This document shows positions 8,971 to 19,204 of a stretch of DNA of 64,000 bases, piece by piece. Within the stretch, counting starts at the first letter, position 1. Each line of letters opens with the position of its first letter. Source of the DNA: Verrucomicrobiota bacterium (GTDB taxonomy: Bacteria; Verrucomicrobiota; Lentisphaeria; JABSQK01; JAJFLO01); NCBI GenBank assembly GCA_021772635.1, contig JAJFLP010000109.1, forward strand, positions 7,317-71,316, in the 5' to 3' direction. The notes beneath the pieces were generated by a model, which was given only the letters and a program-made list of their open reading frames with translations, had not been told where the DNA came from and did no database searches. Both the position numbers and the translations under genes were made by a program.

Positions 8971-10389
8971 TTAGTTACTGTTTGGTTCAGCGTTTGTCTG
9001 AAACTCTCCGCCCATCGCCAAGTAAAGATCGAGTCGATTTTGCAGTCGTTTCAGTTTGGTTTCGAGCAGGAGGCGTTCAGCCCCGAATTCAGACCGTTGC
9101 GATAATAGGAGCGTGGTAACGTCCGTAAGCCCTCTTACGTAGCGGTCAATAGCCAGCTGATATGCCTTGGTAGATTCGTCTAAAACGGAAGTCACCAGGT
9201 GTTCCTTTTCTCCAAGGAATCGTTCTGCGGCAGTTGCGGTTTCTAAATCCCGGCAAGCCTCCAGTACGAGCTGTGCAAGATTAGCAACCTCTTCTTTCTC
9301 CCGGGCTTTCGTTTCGTCGATCCAGGCGAGTCGGCGGCCACCTTCGAAAATCACCTGCGAAATATCACCACTTAGGGACCAGATATTTCGATTTCGATTG
9401 AAGATATCTTTGAAGTTACCCCCGCTCGTTCCACCCGTTGCGGCAAGTTTTATGCCTGGCAGCAATGCTTTTCTCCGTTCCCTAACCCGCAGGGTAGCCG
9501 CATCAATTTTTCTGAGGGCAGCGTGGATATCGGGACGCCGCTCTAACATTTCCGCCGGTAATCCGGTCGGAATTTCTTGTTTGAGAGTGGGCAATGTCTG
9601 CGAAGCCTTCAATTCTGCCGAGGGGTACCTGCCTACCAGGACTTCCAATGACCGAATCGCTGAATCCGAATTCACACGCCGCTGTGCGACGCGTTGTCGG
9701 GCGTTCGCCAGGTCGACCTTTGCGAGTCTGAGATCCAGCGCATCGCGGATCCCGTTCTCAAACTGTTCAGCGATAATATCGTGTGTCTGCAGGAAACTTG
9801 CACGTTCACGTTCAGACAGTTCAAGTTGCAGACGAGCTTCGATCGCATTGAACCATGCTTTTGCGGTATTTATCGCAAGAGATAGACGCAAGGACTGGTA
9901 CAATCCGCCCTCCGCTGCGGTCTCCATCTGTGCCGCGCGAGACCGGGCACGGATCTTTCCCCAGGCGTCGAGTTCCCAATCAAATCTAAGTCCAGCGTCA
10001 TAGCTCGAAGTTCTTGGATTACTGATCTGAAATCCGCTGGAGGAAGTTCGTTTTGTACGAGACGCCCCTACGTCAGCGCTCAATGTCGGGTAACGATCGG
10101 CACCGGCGTTCTTCGCGACCGCTATCGAGGCTTCCAAACTTGCGGCCGCCGCGTGTAAATCATAGTTATTCGCTAATGCTTCGATTATTAAAGATGCCAA
10201 TTGATCATCGTCAAAGTCGTTGACCCACCCCTGTTGTATCGACGACGGTTTGACGATAGGCGTCTCTGGCGGTCTATCCGGGATTTTTCGCCAGACATCG
10301 ATCTTCGGGGCTGGATGTCGGAAAACCGTGCAGCCAGTCAACGAGACGCAGACGACTATCCAAACCGCTTTTGGAATGATTTTGTTCAC
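8971..10389 (-). CDS. Efflux outer-membrane factor lipoprotein (NodT/OprM family)
   Basis: Lipobox VSLTGC. Two TolC-type repeat halves with coiled-coil Ala/Leu/Arg-rich segments. Sits between the TetR and MFP genes. Confidence 0.85.
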   Translation of the reverse strand: MNKIIPKAVWIVVCVSLTGCTVFRHPAPKIDVWRKIPDRPPETPIVKPSSIQQGWVNDFDDDQLASLIIEALANNYDLHAAAASLEASIAVAKNAGADRYPTLSADVGASRTKRTSSSGFQISNPRTSSYDAGLRFDWELDAWGKIRARSRAAQMETAAEGGLYQSLRLSLAINTAKAWFNAIEARLQLELSERERASFLQTHDIIAEQFENGIRDALDLRLAKVDLANARQRVAQRRVNSDSAIRSLEVLVGRYPSAELKASQTLPTLKQEIPTGLPAEMLERRPDIHAALRKIDAATLRVRERRKALLPGIKLAATGGTSGGNFKDIFNRNRNIWSLSGDISQVIFEGGRRLAWIDETKAREKEEVANLAQLVLEACRDLETATAAERFLGEKEHLVTSVLDESTKAYQLAIDRYVRGLTDVTTLLLSQRSEFGAERLLLETKLKRLQNRLDLYLAMGGEFQTNAEPNSN

Positions 10390-10393
10390 TCTA

Positions 10394-11008
10394 TCAGCTT
10401 TCCTGCGTTTTTATGCCGTTCAACACGAACCAGATCAGTTGATCGATCATTGCTTCCGAATCTATTGGCACGCCTAGAAAAGTCTCGACGTTGTCCATTG
10501 TATGGAGAGTGCCGCACATTGAAGATATAAGAAACTGGAATCGCCATTGAACTTCCAATGGTGGTATATGCGGCAACGCCTTCTGAAAGGCGTCCCCAAA
10601 TACGCGGCGCGTGTCGCTAAATAGCTCTTTTTTCAGCCGTTCCTTCAGTTCCTGTTTTTCAGAGAACGCTCGTATAAGCATCTTAGGTGGCTGTGTGTTA
10701 TCACCGAGTCTCCCCGATAACGGCTCCAGAAAAGCACGGACAATCCCCTCAACCGTCGGATTCTCCGGAGCCCTCCCGGATATATGTCGCTGCAGTCGAT
10801 CGAATCGGTCTTTCTCAATCTCTGAAAACCTCCGTTTTAAAACCTCAATAAACAAGGATTCCTTGTCCCCAAAATAGTAATTAACCGCCGAAATATTCAC
10901 CCCAGCAGCCTCGATTATTCGGCGCACCGGTGTTGCGGAATACCCGTCAGCTGCGAACAGTTTTTCCGCAACGTCCAATATTTTTCCTCGAGTTTCTTTC
11001 ATATTCAC
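10394..11008 (-). CDS. TetR/AcrR-family transcriptional repressor
   Basis: N-terminal HTH ILDVAEKLFAADGYSATPVRRIIEAAGVNISAVNYYFGDKE. First gene of the efflux operon. Confidence 0.85.
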   Translation of the reverse strand: MNMKETRGKILDVAEKLFAADGYSATPVRRIIEAAGVNISAVNYYFGDKESLFIEVLKRRFSEIEKDRFDRLQRHISGRAPENPTVEGIVRAFLEPLSGRLGDNTQPPKMLIRAFSEKQELKERLKKELFSDTRRVFGDAFQKALPHIPPLEVQWRFQFLISSMCGTLHTMDNVETFLGVPIDSEAMIDQLIWFVLNGIKTQES

Positions 11009-11305
11009 CTAAAATAGTACTTAAACAAACATTTGTTTGAAATATATATCGAAGCAGGTCGGCGTCAATGATTTTTTTCGAAATGGACTCGGGGTGCAAT
11101 GAGAGAAGCGGAAGATTTGGGGAGGAAACAGACGTATCAGCTCGCTTATTTGTGTCAACAAATCTCACTAATCCAGCCGCCGCGTCTTATGGTGATGCGG
11201 TTACAACGCGACACATGTCAACTCCACTAACTTCATTGATACAGCCTGATCTCAATGTCATTAAGTTAACGAATTGTATATGTTCGGGGCTGTCTGAGTT
11301 CACGC

Positions 11306-12538
11306 TTAAGCGTTATCAAAACGTTGTACCACGAGTGTGGCGTTTGTACCGCCGAAACCGAAACTGTTCGACATTACCGTACTTAACTCAGCGTTATCAA
11401 TACGCTCGCGTACGATTTTTACACCATCGGCGCCGGGATCCAGTTCAGTGATGTGCGCGGAAGCGCAGACGAAGTTGTGCGCCATCATTAATAAGCAGTA
11501 AATCATTTCGTGAGCACCGGCGCCTCCCAGGGAGTGACCTGTTAGCGATTTGGTTGAACTGACATACGGCGAATCATCGCCGAAGACAGTTTTGATCGCC
11601 TCGAGTTCGCGTATGTCACCGATTGGCGTACTCGTCCCGTGAGTGTTGAGGTAATCAATTTTGCGGCCACTTTCCAAAGTTGACAGGGCTGTTCGCATAC
11701 ATCGAACTGCGCCTTCGCCGGATGGTTGCACCATGTCGAAGCCATCCGAAGTCGCACCATACCCCACGACCTCACCGTATATTTTCGCGCCGCGGTTGAC
11801 GGCGTGGTCGAGTTCCTCCAAAACGATCGTCCCGCCACCACCTGACGCGACAAAACCATCGCGGGTCACATCATAGGCGCGGGAGGCAGTTTCCGGTGTA
11901 TCATTGTACTTAGACGATAGAGCGCCCATCGCATCGAAGGGCAGGGTCGTAGTCCAGTGCAGCGATTCCCCGCCGCCAACAAACATTATGTCCTGTCGCC
12001 CGTCGCGAACTAGCTCGTACCCGTTGCCGATACAGTGTGCGCTGGTCGCACATGCCGAGCTTATTGTATAGCTGACGCCTAAAATCTTGAAACCGGTCCC
12101 CAAACATGCCGAATTTGTGCTCGACATTGTTCTCGGAACCATATACGGACCTACTTTACGAATCCCTCTGGACCGCAGAATATCGGCCATTTGAACGACG
12201 TGCTCAGTCGACGCCGCCCCGGAACCACAAATTAAACCTGTGCGCGCATTCGATACATTATCCGGCGGTAATCCTGAATCAGCGACTGCTTGCTGCATCG
12301 CGACGTAATTGAAGGCCGCACCATCGCTCATAAATCGTTTGATCTTCCGATCGATTAGCTCACTAACATCCAATTTTATGGATCCGTGAACGTTCGACCG
12401 AAACCCGAGTTCCGCGTATTCCTCGGAAAACTCGATTCCAGATTTGCCGTTTCGTAGCGACGTTAATACTTCTTCTTTGCTATTTCCGATGCTGCTAACA
12501 ATACCGAGCCCGGTTATCACTACTCGTCTCATTATCAT
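11306..12538 (-). CDS. fabB: 3-oxoacyl-ACP synthase I (KAS I)
   Basis: Thiolase fold with active-site Cys context [13 protein letters not shown] and His/His motifs ([22 protein letters not shown]). Lies immediately downstream of fabA, as in proteobacterial fabA-fabB operons. Confidence 0.8.
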   Translation of the reverse strand: MIMRRVVITGLGIVSSIGNSKEEVLTSLRNGKSGIEFSEEYAELGFRSNVHGSIKLDVSELIDRKIKRFMSDGAAFNYVAMQQAVADSGLPPDNVSNARTGLICGSGAASTEHVVQMADILRSRGIRKVGPYMVPRTMSSTNSACLGTGFKILGVSYTISSACATSAHCIGNGYELVRDGRQDIMFVGGGESLHWTTTLPFDAMGALSSKYNDTPETASRAYDVTRDGFVASGGGGTIVLEELDHAVNRGAKIYGEVVGYGATSDGFDMVQPSGEGAVRCMRTALSTLESGRKIDYLNTHGTSTPIGDIRELEAIKTVFGDDSPYVSSTKSLTGHSLGGAGAHEMIYCLLMMAHNFVCASAHITELDPGADGVKIVRERIDNAELSTVMSNSFGFGGTNATLVVQRFDNA

Positions 12539-12655
12539 AACCTTAAATAGTTTATCGTTTTGGTTCCTGGTGAATTACTACCCGACTTCCAAGCAGTAAT
12601 CATACGTATGTAATAAAAATTCGTGTAACGTCTATGTGGTATTACACTCGGAAGA

Positions 12656-13180
12656 TTATGCTTTGTGGTCAGTATTGTTTTCGACGAACAGGCCGACTTT
12701 AAGATCTCTCGCCTGGTATATCTCTTGTCCGTCAACCTTCATAATTCCGTCCGCAACACCTAAATACAGTTTCCGTTTCATCAACCGCTTAATGTGAACC
12801 TCGTATGTGACAAGGATGTTATCAGGGGTGACTTGTTCGCCGTACTTTACCATTCCGACCCCGAGGGCTCGACCGCGACCCGGCCCGCCAACCCACGCGA
12901 GATAAAAACCGATTAACTGCCACATCGCGTCAAGACCCAAACAACCAGGCATCACTGGGTCGTCCTGAAAATGGCAGTCAAAAAACCATAGCGTCGGAGT
13001 CACATCAAACTCCGCTACGACTATGCCTTTTCCGTGTTTGCCCCCCGTCGCGTTGATATTAATGATTCTGTCGAACATTAACAATGGCGGTAGAGGTAGC
13101 TGCGCGTTGCCGGGACCAAAAAGGTTTCCTCGACCGCATTCAATAAGATCTTCAAGTGTAAAACTATCTTTAGCTAACAT
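12656..13180 (-). CDS. fabA: 3-hydroxydecanoyl-ACP dehydratase/isomerase
   Basis: FabA signature [26 protein letters not shown]. 174 aa, collinear with E. coli FabA. Confidence 0.9.
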   Translation of the reverse strand: MLAKDSFTLEDLIECGRGNLFGPGNAQLPLPPLLMFDRIININATGGKHGKGIVVAEFDVTPTLWFFDCHFQDDPVMPGCLGLDAMWQLIGFYLAWVGGPGRGRALGVGMVKYGEQVTPDNILVTYEVHIKRLMKRKLYLGVADGIMKVDGQEIYQARDLKVGLFVENNTDHKA

Positions 13181-13234
13181 GAATCAATGACCTTAAGATC
13201 TGGGGTTGTGATCGAGATGAAATAAATACTGGTT

Positions 13235-13375
13235 CTATACCGAACGTCTTCATCCCGCATGCGGGACGAAATATTGTTTCCACCGCGGCGGATTTCGCTA
13301 GGCTCAACATAAATCTTAGGTAATGAAATCAAAGTCGTCCAAAAATTGTACTGCCTACAGTATATTTTAGAATAT
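13235..13375. repeat. ~110-bp dispersed repeat carrying a GTCCCGCATGCGGGAC hairpin, CCACCGCGGCGGATTTCGCTAGGCTCAACAT, and a TGCAAGCAG-family end
   Basis: Copies at 61640-61785 (same orientation) and 33885-33990 (inverted, partial). Track ORFs 13174..13407 and 61633..61866 are translations of this repeat (shared EPSEIRRGGNNISSRM). Confidence 0.55.
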
Positions 13376-13672
13376 AGAGATTCTATATTCAAATAAAACA
13401 TCGTCAATGAGAAAATTACGAAAACATGAACTCCCTACACGGTTCTCGGGAACTACTGCCGCGATGTCGCGATCATAGGTTACTGTCCTGACCAGATCAA
13501 TCGCTCGTGCCGATACCCTGTGTCGGTTGACTTTGAGCATGCCAACATTAACGTATTATACCCAACGTACTCAGGTTTTCGAAATATTGTTCGGAATCCC
13601 TTGGGTATTTGATCTAAAGCCGTCAAAAATTCAACTGCTCGCAGTTTAAAATCCGAATCTGGAGCTAACCCC

Positions 13673-14983
13673 ATGAGCAATAACGCGACGACCACAAGTA
13701 CCGATATCTTCGAGGACGCAATAAAGCGGCTTGATGATGCCTTCAGGTACGCGAATATAGACGAAGAAGCACTCGAATTACTTAAACATCCCAAAATAAT
13801 TATTCAAGTTGCGGTTCCCGTAAGGATGGATGACGGTACGCTTCGTGTTTTCGACGGATACCGCGTACGGCATGACGATACCCGCGGCCCGGGGAAGGGC
13901 GGTATAAGATTTCACCCCCAGGTCAATCTGAGCGAAGTCAAAGCGTTGGCGTTTTGGATGACGTGTAAGTGTGCCGTGGTCGGAATCCCTTACGGGGGGG
14001 CGAAAGGCGGAGTGATTGTTAATCCGAAGGAATTGTCGCGCCTCGAACTCGAGCGCTTGAGTCGCGGGTTCATTAGAGAGATCGCAGATTTTATCGGTCC
14101 CGAGAAAGACGTCCCCGCGCCCGATGTTTATACGAATGCAATGATAATGGGCTGGATGATGGACGAGTACTCGGACATCGTCCGGCAACGCACACCAGCC
14201 GTCATAACCGGTAAGCCAATACCGCTCGGCGGAAGTCTTGGCCGCGATGATGCGACTGGCCGAGGGGCCTATTATTGCCTGAAGGAACTTGAAATTAAAC
14301 GTGGCTGGAACCCTTCAGACATCCGGATTGCGGTTCAGGGATTCGGTAACGCCGGTCAACATGTTGCGCGTCTTCTTCATGATGACGGCTACAAAGTCGT
14401 AGCCGTCAGCGATTCGCGCGGCGGAATCTATAGCGAAGAAGGTTTTGACATACCCAGTTTAATTAAGATTAAGAATGAGAGCCTTCACCTCAAGGCCGTA
14501 TATTGTCACGAGTCAGTTTGCGAGGCGGTCAATGCTGAGTCAGTGACTAACGAAGCGCTATTGGAACTTGACGTGGATATATTGATACCAGCGGCGCTTG
14601 AGAATCAGATCACAGTTGAAAATGCCGATCGGATTAAGGCACCCGTTATCGTCGAAGTCGCGAACGGGCCGACGACGAGCGGTGCAGACCAGATATTAAA
14701 GTCGAAAAATACACTTATCATTCCGGACATCCTCGCAAATGCTGGTGGCGTGACTGTGAGTTATTTCGAGTGGGTCCAGAATAAGGCGGGATACTATTGG
14801 TCAGTCGAAGAAGTCCATTCGAAACTTCAAACGATCATGTCCCGGGAGTTCAATGCGGTGTACGATCTCATGGGGAAGCACGGAATCGACATGCGAACCG
14901 CGGGATACGCCCACGCACTTACCCGAATCGGGGCGGCTATAGCAGCCCAGGGAACCAAGAGTTACTTCACCGAAAAAAACTGA
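13673..14983 (+). CDS. gdhA: Glutamate dehydrogenase (Glu/Leu/Phe/Val dehydrogenase family)
   Basis: Catalytic GGAKGG motifs (KGGIRFHP; PYGGAKGGV) and NAD(P) Rossmann GFGNAGQ. SD GGAGC upstream. Confidence 0.88.
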   Translation: MSNNATTTSTDIFEDAIKRLDDAFRYANIDEEALELLKHPKIIIQVAVPVRMDDGTLRVFDGYRVRHDDTRGPGKGGIRFHPQVNLSEVKALAFWMTCKCAVVGIPYGGAKGGVIVNPKELSRLELERLSRGFIREIADFIGPEKDVPAPDVYTNAMIMGWMMDEYSDIVRQRTPAVITGKPIPLGGSLGRDDATGRGAYYCLKELEIKRGWNPSDIRIAVQGFGNAGQHVARLLHDDGYKVVAVSDSRGGIYSEEGFDIPSLIKIKNESLHLKAVYCHESVCEAVNAESVTNEALLELDVDILIPAALENQITVENADRIKAPVIVEVANGPTTSGADQILKSKNTLIIPDILANAGGVTVSYFEWVQNKAGYYWSVEEVHSKLQTIMSREFNAVYDLMGKHGIDMRTAGYAHALTRIGAAIAAQGTKSYFTEKN

Positions 14984-15144
14984 TTCAAGGAGTGCATCCA
15001 GCGAAACCTTCGGCGGATTTTGTTCATAATCGTAATCCCTTTCCAAATTTCACCTCGAAGAACCAGAACGATTACGATTACGAGTAAGAGCAAGATTACG
15101 AATCGGAATGTTCGCTTATTTTAATCCTCGTTGTGGAACTATTT

Positions 15145-15816
15145 ATGGAGTTTTCCAACCCTGTCCAATACAATCGCCGATCGGCGATTTTCTTAATCCT
15201 CTGCATACTCATTTCCAGTGGGGTAACCGACACGCTAGCGGGCGAAGTATTAACTAAGCCGACCGAATGCTTAGTGTGTGGTCAGATGCATACCGCCGGG
15301 GATTTTCAGGTATCCTATAAGGGAATGGAGATCCCTCTGTGTTCAGAAGGATGCCAAACTCATTATGAGGAAGCGCGCGCGAACGGCGCTCTGGACCCCA
15401 TAACAGCGAAATTAGAACCGCGCTCCGCACTCTTTCAGGCTGACTCGAATTCAAATCCGGCGTTAAGACAACACTTTCTCTTTATCGCGTATTACGTCGT
15501 CATCGGTTTGATATTCGGTGGTGGTGCCGCCTACGTCGCCGTCCAGAAAGGCGCGGACGCATGGTCATGGTTTCTCGCTGGATTATGCCTGAATGTCCTC
15601 GGTTTTCTGCTAATTATGATGAAGCCGGCCGCGAAAGTACAATTCAGTTCGAAAGGGTTAAGTAAGGTGCCGGTTACACAAGATGAAAGTAGGTGTCCAA
15701 GCTGCGGGCATTCGAATCACCCCTCTGCAAAGAAGTGCAGCGAATGCGCAGTCGCTCTTACTCCGACCACAGTCTCGGAAGTTGAATCGTCCGGTATTCG
15801 AAAGGAACACGCATAA
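15145..15816 (+). CDS. Membrane protein with an N-terminal YHS/TRASH-type metal-binding motif, two TM helices and a C-terminal zinc ribbon
   Basis: C-x2-C-x19-C-x3-C (CLVCGQMHTAGDFQVSYKGMEIPLCSEGC) after a signal/anchor helix. Two hydrophobic helices, then CPSCGHSNHPSAKKCSEC. The track ORF starts at GTG 15133; ATG at 15145 is preferred. Confidence 0.5.
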   Translation: MEFSNPVQYNRRSAIFLILCILISSGVTDTLAGEVLTKPTECLVCGQMHTAGDFQVSYKGMEIPLCSEGCQTHYEEARANGALDPITAKLEPRSALFQADSNSNPALRQHFLFIAYYVVIGLIFGGGAAYVAVQKGADAWSWFLAGLCLNVLGFLLIMMKPAAKVQFSSKGLSKVPVTQDESRCPSCGHSNHPSAKKCSECAVALTPTTVSEVESSGIRKEHA

Positions 15817-18120
15817 ATGGGCATGGCGATCTTTGACAAGATAAAGAGTTCCGTTGATACAATCCTGGAACTCGGGAATATGCCGAGTCCGCGTCCGGAA
15901 TTGAAAGAGTACAACGAATCGAATGTGAAGAATATGTATATCATCGGCGATCTCGCAGGTGCGCCGGTGATAAAAATGGCGATGGAACAGGGATTTAATG
16001 TGATTCAGCACATTTCATCCTTACCCGACGCAAAGAGCAACTTAGCGGACGTTTACGACGTTATCATAATCGGTGCCGGCGCAAGCGGGTTAAACGCTGC
16101 ACTCGAAGCGACGGAAAGCGGTCTTTCTCATTTAGTCCTGGAAAAGGGGAAGATGGCAAACACGATCGAGAACTTCCCTGAGAAAAAGTGGGTTTATGCA
16201 GAGCCTGACACGCTCCCGCCTAAGGGAAAACTTTGGTTAGACGGAGCCCAGAAGGAAGATCTTATCCAGCGGTGGCAGCAGATCGTCGAAGATAACGGGC
16301 TTGACGTCCGTATTGACGAAGGAGTGGACGCTATATCGAAAAGCGCCAACGGCGATTTCGAAGTAAAGTCGGTAAAATCCACGTACAAAGCGAAGCGCGT
16401 AATTCTGGCAATCGGGCAGCGCGGGAATCCTCGTAAATTGGGGGTTACGGGCGAAGATCTTACATCCGTTTACCACCGGCTCTATTCCCCCCGGCATTAT
16501 CATGATGAGAATATTGTCGTCGTTGGCGGCGGCAATAGCGCAATCGAGGCCGCACTGACACTGTCCGAGCAGAACAAAGTGGTCCTATCGTATCGGGGGG
16601 ATCAGTTTTCGCGGATATTCAAGGATAACGAGCGAAAGCTAAATGAAGCGACCGAATCCGGTCGTATCCAAACGATTTTGAACTCTAACGTGAAAGAGTT
16701 TAAGGACGGCAGTTACACCCTGGAATCAACCGCGTCTGACGGAACCACTTCGAGCGAGGACCTCCCCTACGACCACGCGTTTGTTCTGGTCGGTGCCGAG
16801 CTACCGCTCAAGTTCCTGCGTTCCGCAGGTATTAGAATGGAGAATGAGTGGAACGGTAATTTCTGGTCTGCGATGGGCGTGACGGCGTTGTTGCTTGTTT
16901 TTCTTGCTCTATACGGACCGGATGCGAGAATGCAAAATCTCGCAGTATTGCCGAAATGGCTTGCGGGCATAGCTTCGATCGCGACGATCGGCGGGCTGGT
17001 AGTGATGGGCGTGAAAGGGAATCGTTACGCTTGGCTCGGATTTTCTTTTTTCGTTTGTTACGGGATTTACGGATGCAAGATGGGCTATGGCTCTGAATTC
17101 TGGCCATTTCGCGGATGGGGCTACGGATTGTTATCTTTCTTCGGCCGGCCGTGGACGTTTTGGTACACCGTCCTTTATACGGTTTTGATGACCGTATTCG
17201 GAATCAAGGCGATGAAGCGCTGGGGCATAGATAAGAAGGACAAATTCCAGATCGCCCGGTACATATCGCTAATCTCTTTCCAATGGTTCTTTTTCTTCAT
17301 TTTACCTGAGTTTCTCTTTCAGTGGGCGGTAGAATACCAGTGGATCGGCACCGGACTTTCCGCGGATCCTACTTTTACGGGGCAGCCATGGCGGGCTTAT
17401 GGAATTGTCTATGCCTGGCCGTTGTTCTTCTATACTTTTTTCTTCGATCCCCACACGATTTGGGTTATTTGGGGCGTGGTTCTCACATTTCTACTGATTC
17501 CGATTCTGGCTTTTTTCCATGGCAAACGGTACTGCTCCTGGATCTGTGGCTGCGGTGGGCTCGCGGAGACTTTGGGCGATCGCTGGCGGCATCTGGCACC
17601 CAAGGGCGTCAATGCCGTGAAGTGGGAGAAGATGAATAAGTATGTCTTGATAGCGGCCTTCGTGATCACCGGAGCTATGCTGTTGAAGGACGTATTCTCC
17701 TTTCTCCAGGAGCCCGCAAAAACGTCGGTAACAGTTTACAAGATTCTAGTCGATGTGTGGTTAGTCGGAATCCTTCCCGTAACATTATATCCGTTTCTCG
17801 GGGGTAAGGTATGGTGCCGGTATTGGTGTCCATTGGCGAAACTGATGGGGATTTACTCCAATGCGACTCGCGGGAAATTTAAAATCACCGCGAATGACAA
17901 ATGTATTGGCTGCTCCGAATGCACCAGGAATTGTCAGGTCGGTATCAACGTTATGGATTTCGCCCTGAAACAGAATGTGTTATCGAATCAAACAACCTCG
18001 TGTATCGGGTGCGGAATTTGCGTGTCAGCGTGTCCGATGGACGTTTTGAAGTTCGGCGATCCGGAGGAGAAAAGTTCGGAAGCCGCGGCATCGGCTTGCT
18101 GTGGTGGCGGGAATTGTTAG
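15817..18120 (+). CDS. Fusion protein: Cys-free FAD/NAD(P)H flavoprotein of the YpdA/Bdr (TrxR-like) type, apparently circularly permuted, joined to a NapH/MauN-type membrane polyferredoxin
   Basis: FAD GxGxxG (IIIGAGASGLNAALE, LVLEKG) and NAD(P) GxGxxA (VVVGGGNSAIEAALTL, LSYRG) motifs. The GD motif (NMYIIGDLAG) is N-terminal to them. There is no Cys in the first ~340 aa. The following region has 6 or more TM helices. It carries two R-x-[WY]-C-x3-C-[PG] motifs (RYCSWICGCGG, KVWCRYWCPLAKL). It also carries two CxxCxxCxxxCP 4Fe-4S motifs, and the protein ends with a Cys-rich tail. Confidence 0.6.
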   Translation: MGMAIFDKIKSSVDTILELGNMPSPRPELKEYNESNVKNMYIIGDLAGAPVIKMAMEQGFNVIQHISSLPDAKSNLADVYDVIIIGAGASGLNAALEATESGLSHLVLEKGKMANTIENFPEKKWVYAEPDTLPPKGKLWLDGAQKEDLIQRWQQIVEDNGLDVRIDEGVDAISKSANGDFEVKSVKSTYKAKRVILAIGQRGNPRKLGVTGEDLTSVYHRLYSPRHYHDENIVVVGGGNSAIEAALTLSEQNKVVLSYRGDQFSRIFKDNERKLNEATESGRIQTILNSNVKEFKDGSYTLESTASDGTTSSEDLPYDHAFVLVGAELPLKFLRSAGIRMENEWNGNFWSAMGVTALLLVFLALYGPDARMQNLAVLPKWLAGIASIATIGGLVVMGVKGNRYAWLGFSFFVCYGIYGCKMGYGSEFWPFRGWGYGLLSFFGRPWTFWYTVLYTVLMTVFGIKAMKRWGIDKKDKFQIARYISLISFQWFFFFILPEFLFQWAVEYQWIGTGLSADPTFTGQPWRAYGIVYAWPLFFYTFFFDPHTIWVIWGVVLTFLLIPILAFFHGKRYCSWICGCGGLAETLGDRWRHLAPKGVNAVKWEKMNKYVLIAAFVITGAMLLKDVFSFLQEPAKTSVTVYKILVDVWLVGILPVTLYPFLGGKVWCRYWCPLAKLMGIYSNATRGKFKITANDKCIGCSECTRNCQVGINVMDFALKQNVLSNQTTSCIGCGICVSACPMDVLKFGDPEEKSSEAAASACCGGGNC

Positions 18121-18149
18121 CGGAATTTTTGCACCCTATTCCGTTGCGA

Positions 18150-18545
18150 AACTCGCGACCTTGGGGTTATGAAATGCCGGTCGAAGCGCCCGTTGGAGTT
18201 CACGCTTCAGCGTGTGTTTTTGAGGAAATCCCATCGGTTGATCGATGACACATCCCGCGACCTTGGGGTTATGAAATGCCGGTCGAAGCGCCCGCTGGAG
18301 TTCACGCTTCAGCGTGTGTTTCCGAGGTAATCCCATCGATTGATCGATGACCCATCCCGCGACCTTGGGGTTATGAAATGCCGGTCGAAGCGCCCGTTGG
18401 AGTTCACGCTTCAGCGTGTGTTTTTCATATTCAAGTTTTTTTTAATGTAGACGCAAAGAGAAAAGACTCACACTAAAGTGCGAACTCCAACAGCGATATC
18501 GCCAATAGAAGCGCCCGTTGGAGTTCACGCTTTAGCGTGTGTTTT
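18150..18545. repeat. REP array upstream of the RAYT gene: ~2.5 tandem units of ~114 bp each ending in GCGCCCGTTGGAGTTCACGCTTCAGCGTGTGTTT, plus an inverted REP doublet (REPIN) at 18470-18545
   Basis: Direct reading: CGCGACCTTGGGGTTATGAAATGCCGGTCGAAGCGCCCGTTGGAGTTCACGCTTCAGCGTGTG occurs three times. The REPIN is ACTAAAGTGCGAACTCCAAC-N25-GTTGGAGTTCACGCTTTAGCGTG. Confidence 0.7.
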
Positions 18546-18578
18546 GAATTATTCGAAACGCTTTAGATCCGAGCAATT

Positions 18579-19184
18579 ATGTATAATTGGCGACAAATGT
18601 CTTCAAAACAACGTGAAGATGTGTTGCGGATGCGCAAAATCAACCGGGTGCCGTGGCATAGCCCGCCACACCGCGATGGCGACAGTACGCGCTTTCATAT
18701 AACGGCTGCTTGCTATCGACATCAGCCGGTTATCGGTTTTGATCGCGCTCGAATGTCGAATTTCGAATCGGTGCTGTTGGAAAAAGTTGACGCTTCTGCT
18801 GATAGGATCATGGCGTGGGTGGTACTACCGAACCACTATCATATCCTGATTCGAACCGATAATATCAAGAGTTTCTTGCATCAACTTGGCCGATTTCACG
18901 GGAGTATGTCATATAGCTGGAACGGCGAAGAGAACCGGCGTGGCCGTAAAGTATGGTGCAATGCGTTGGAGCATGCGATCAAGACTGATCGCCACTTTTG
19001 GGCGACCCTAAATTATATTCATCACAATCCCGTTCGGCACGGATATGTAGATAAATGGCAAGACTGGCCGTTCAGCAGCGCGCTGAAATATCTCGAGTCA
19101 GTCGGAAGGAAACGGGCAAAGGAGGTTTGGAAGGAATTTCCCATCCGTGAATACGGAAAGGATTGGGATCCACCGGGAATTTAG
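18579..19184 (+). CDS. REP-associated tyrosine transposase (RAYT; IS200/IS605-like HUH Y1 transposase)
   Basis: HUH motif LPNHYHILI and C-terminal helix FWATLNYIHHNPVRHGYV, as in TnpA_REP. Flanked on both sides by arrays of the same REP sequence. Confidence 0.8.
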   Translation: MYNWRQMSSKQREDVLRMRKINRVPWHSPPHRDGDSTRFHITAACYRHQPVIGFDRARMSNFESVLLEKVDASADRIMAWVVLPNHYHILIRTDNIKSFLHQLGRFHGSMSYSWNGEENRRGRKVWCNALEHAIKTDRHFWATLNYIHHNPVRHGYVDKWQDWPFSSALKYLESVGRKRAKEVWKEFPIREYGKDWDPPGI

Positions 19185-19204
19185 AATTCGCGTCCTGCTG
19201 CTAG

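Noticed and set aside
13174-13407. Track ORFs 13174..13407 and 61633..61866 (77 aa each, shared peptide EPSEIRRGGNNISSRM)
   Set aside because: Both are translations of two copies of the same ~110-bp dispersed repeat; not genes.
18136-18336. Track ORFs 18136..18336, 18478..18702, 19235..19462, 14797..15087, 34273..34512, 1411..1617
   Set aside because: All are read-throughs of REP arrays or other repeat families (repeated peptides such as AGCVIDQPMGFPQKHTLKRELQRALRPAFHNPKVA). No SD or homology support.
18150-18425. Tandem 114-bp array considered as a CRISPR array
   Set aside because: The unit is far longer than CRISPR repeats, and the spacers are near-identical rather than unique. The units are REP sequences matching copies elsewhere and sit next to a RAYT gene, with no cas genes.
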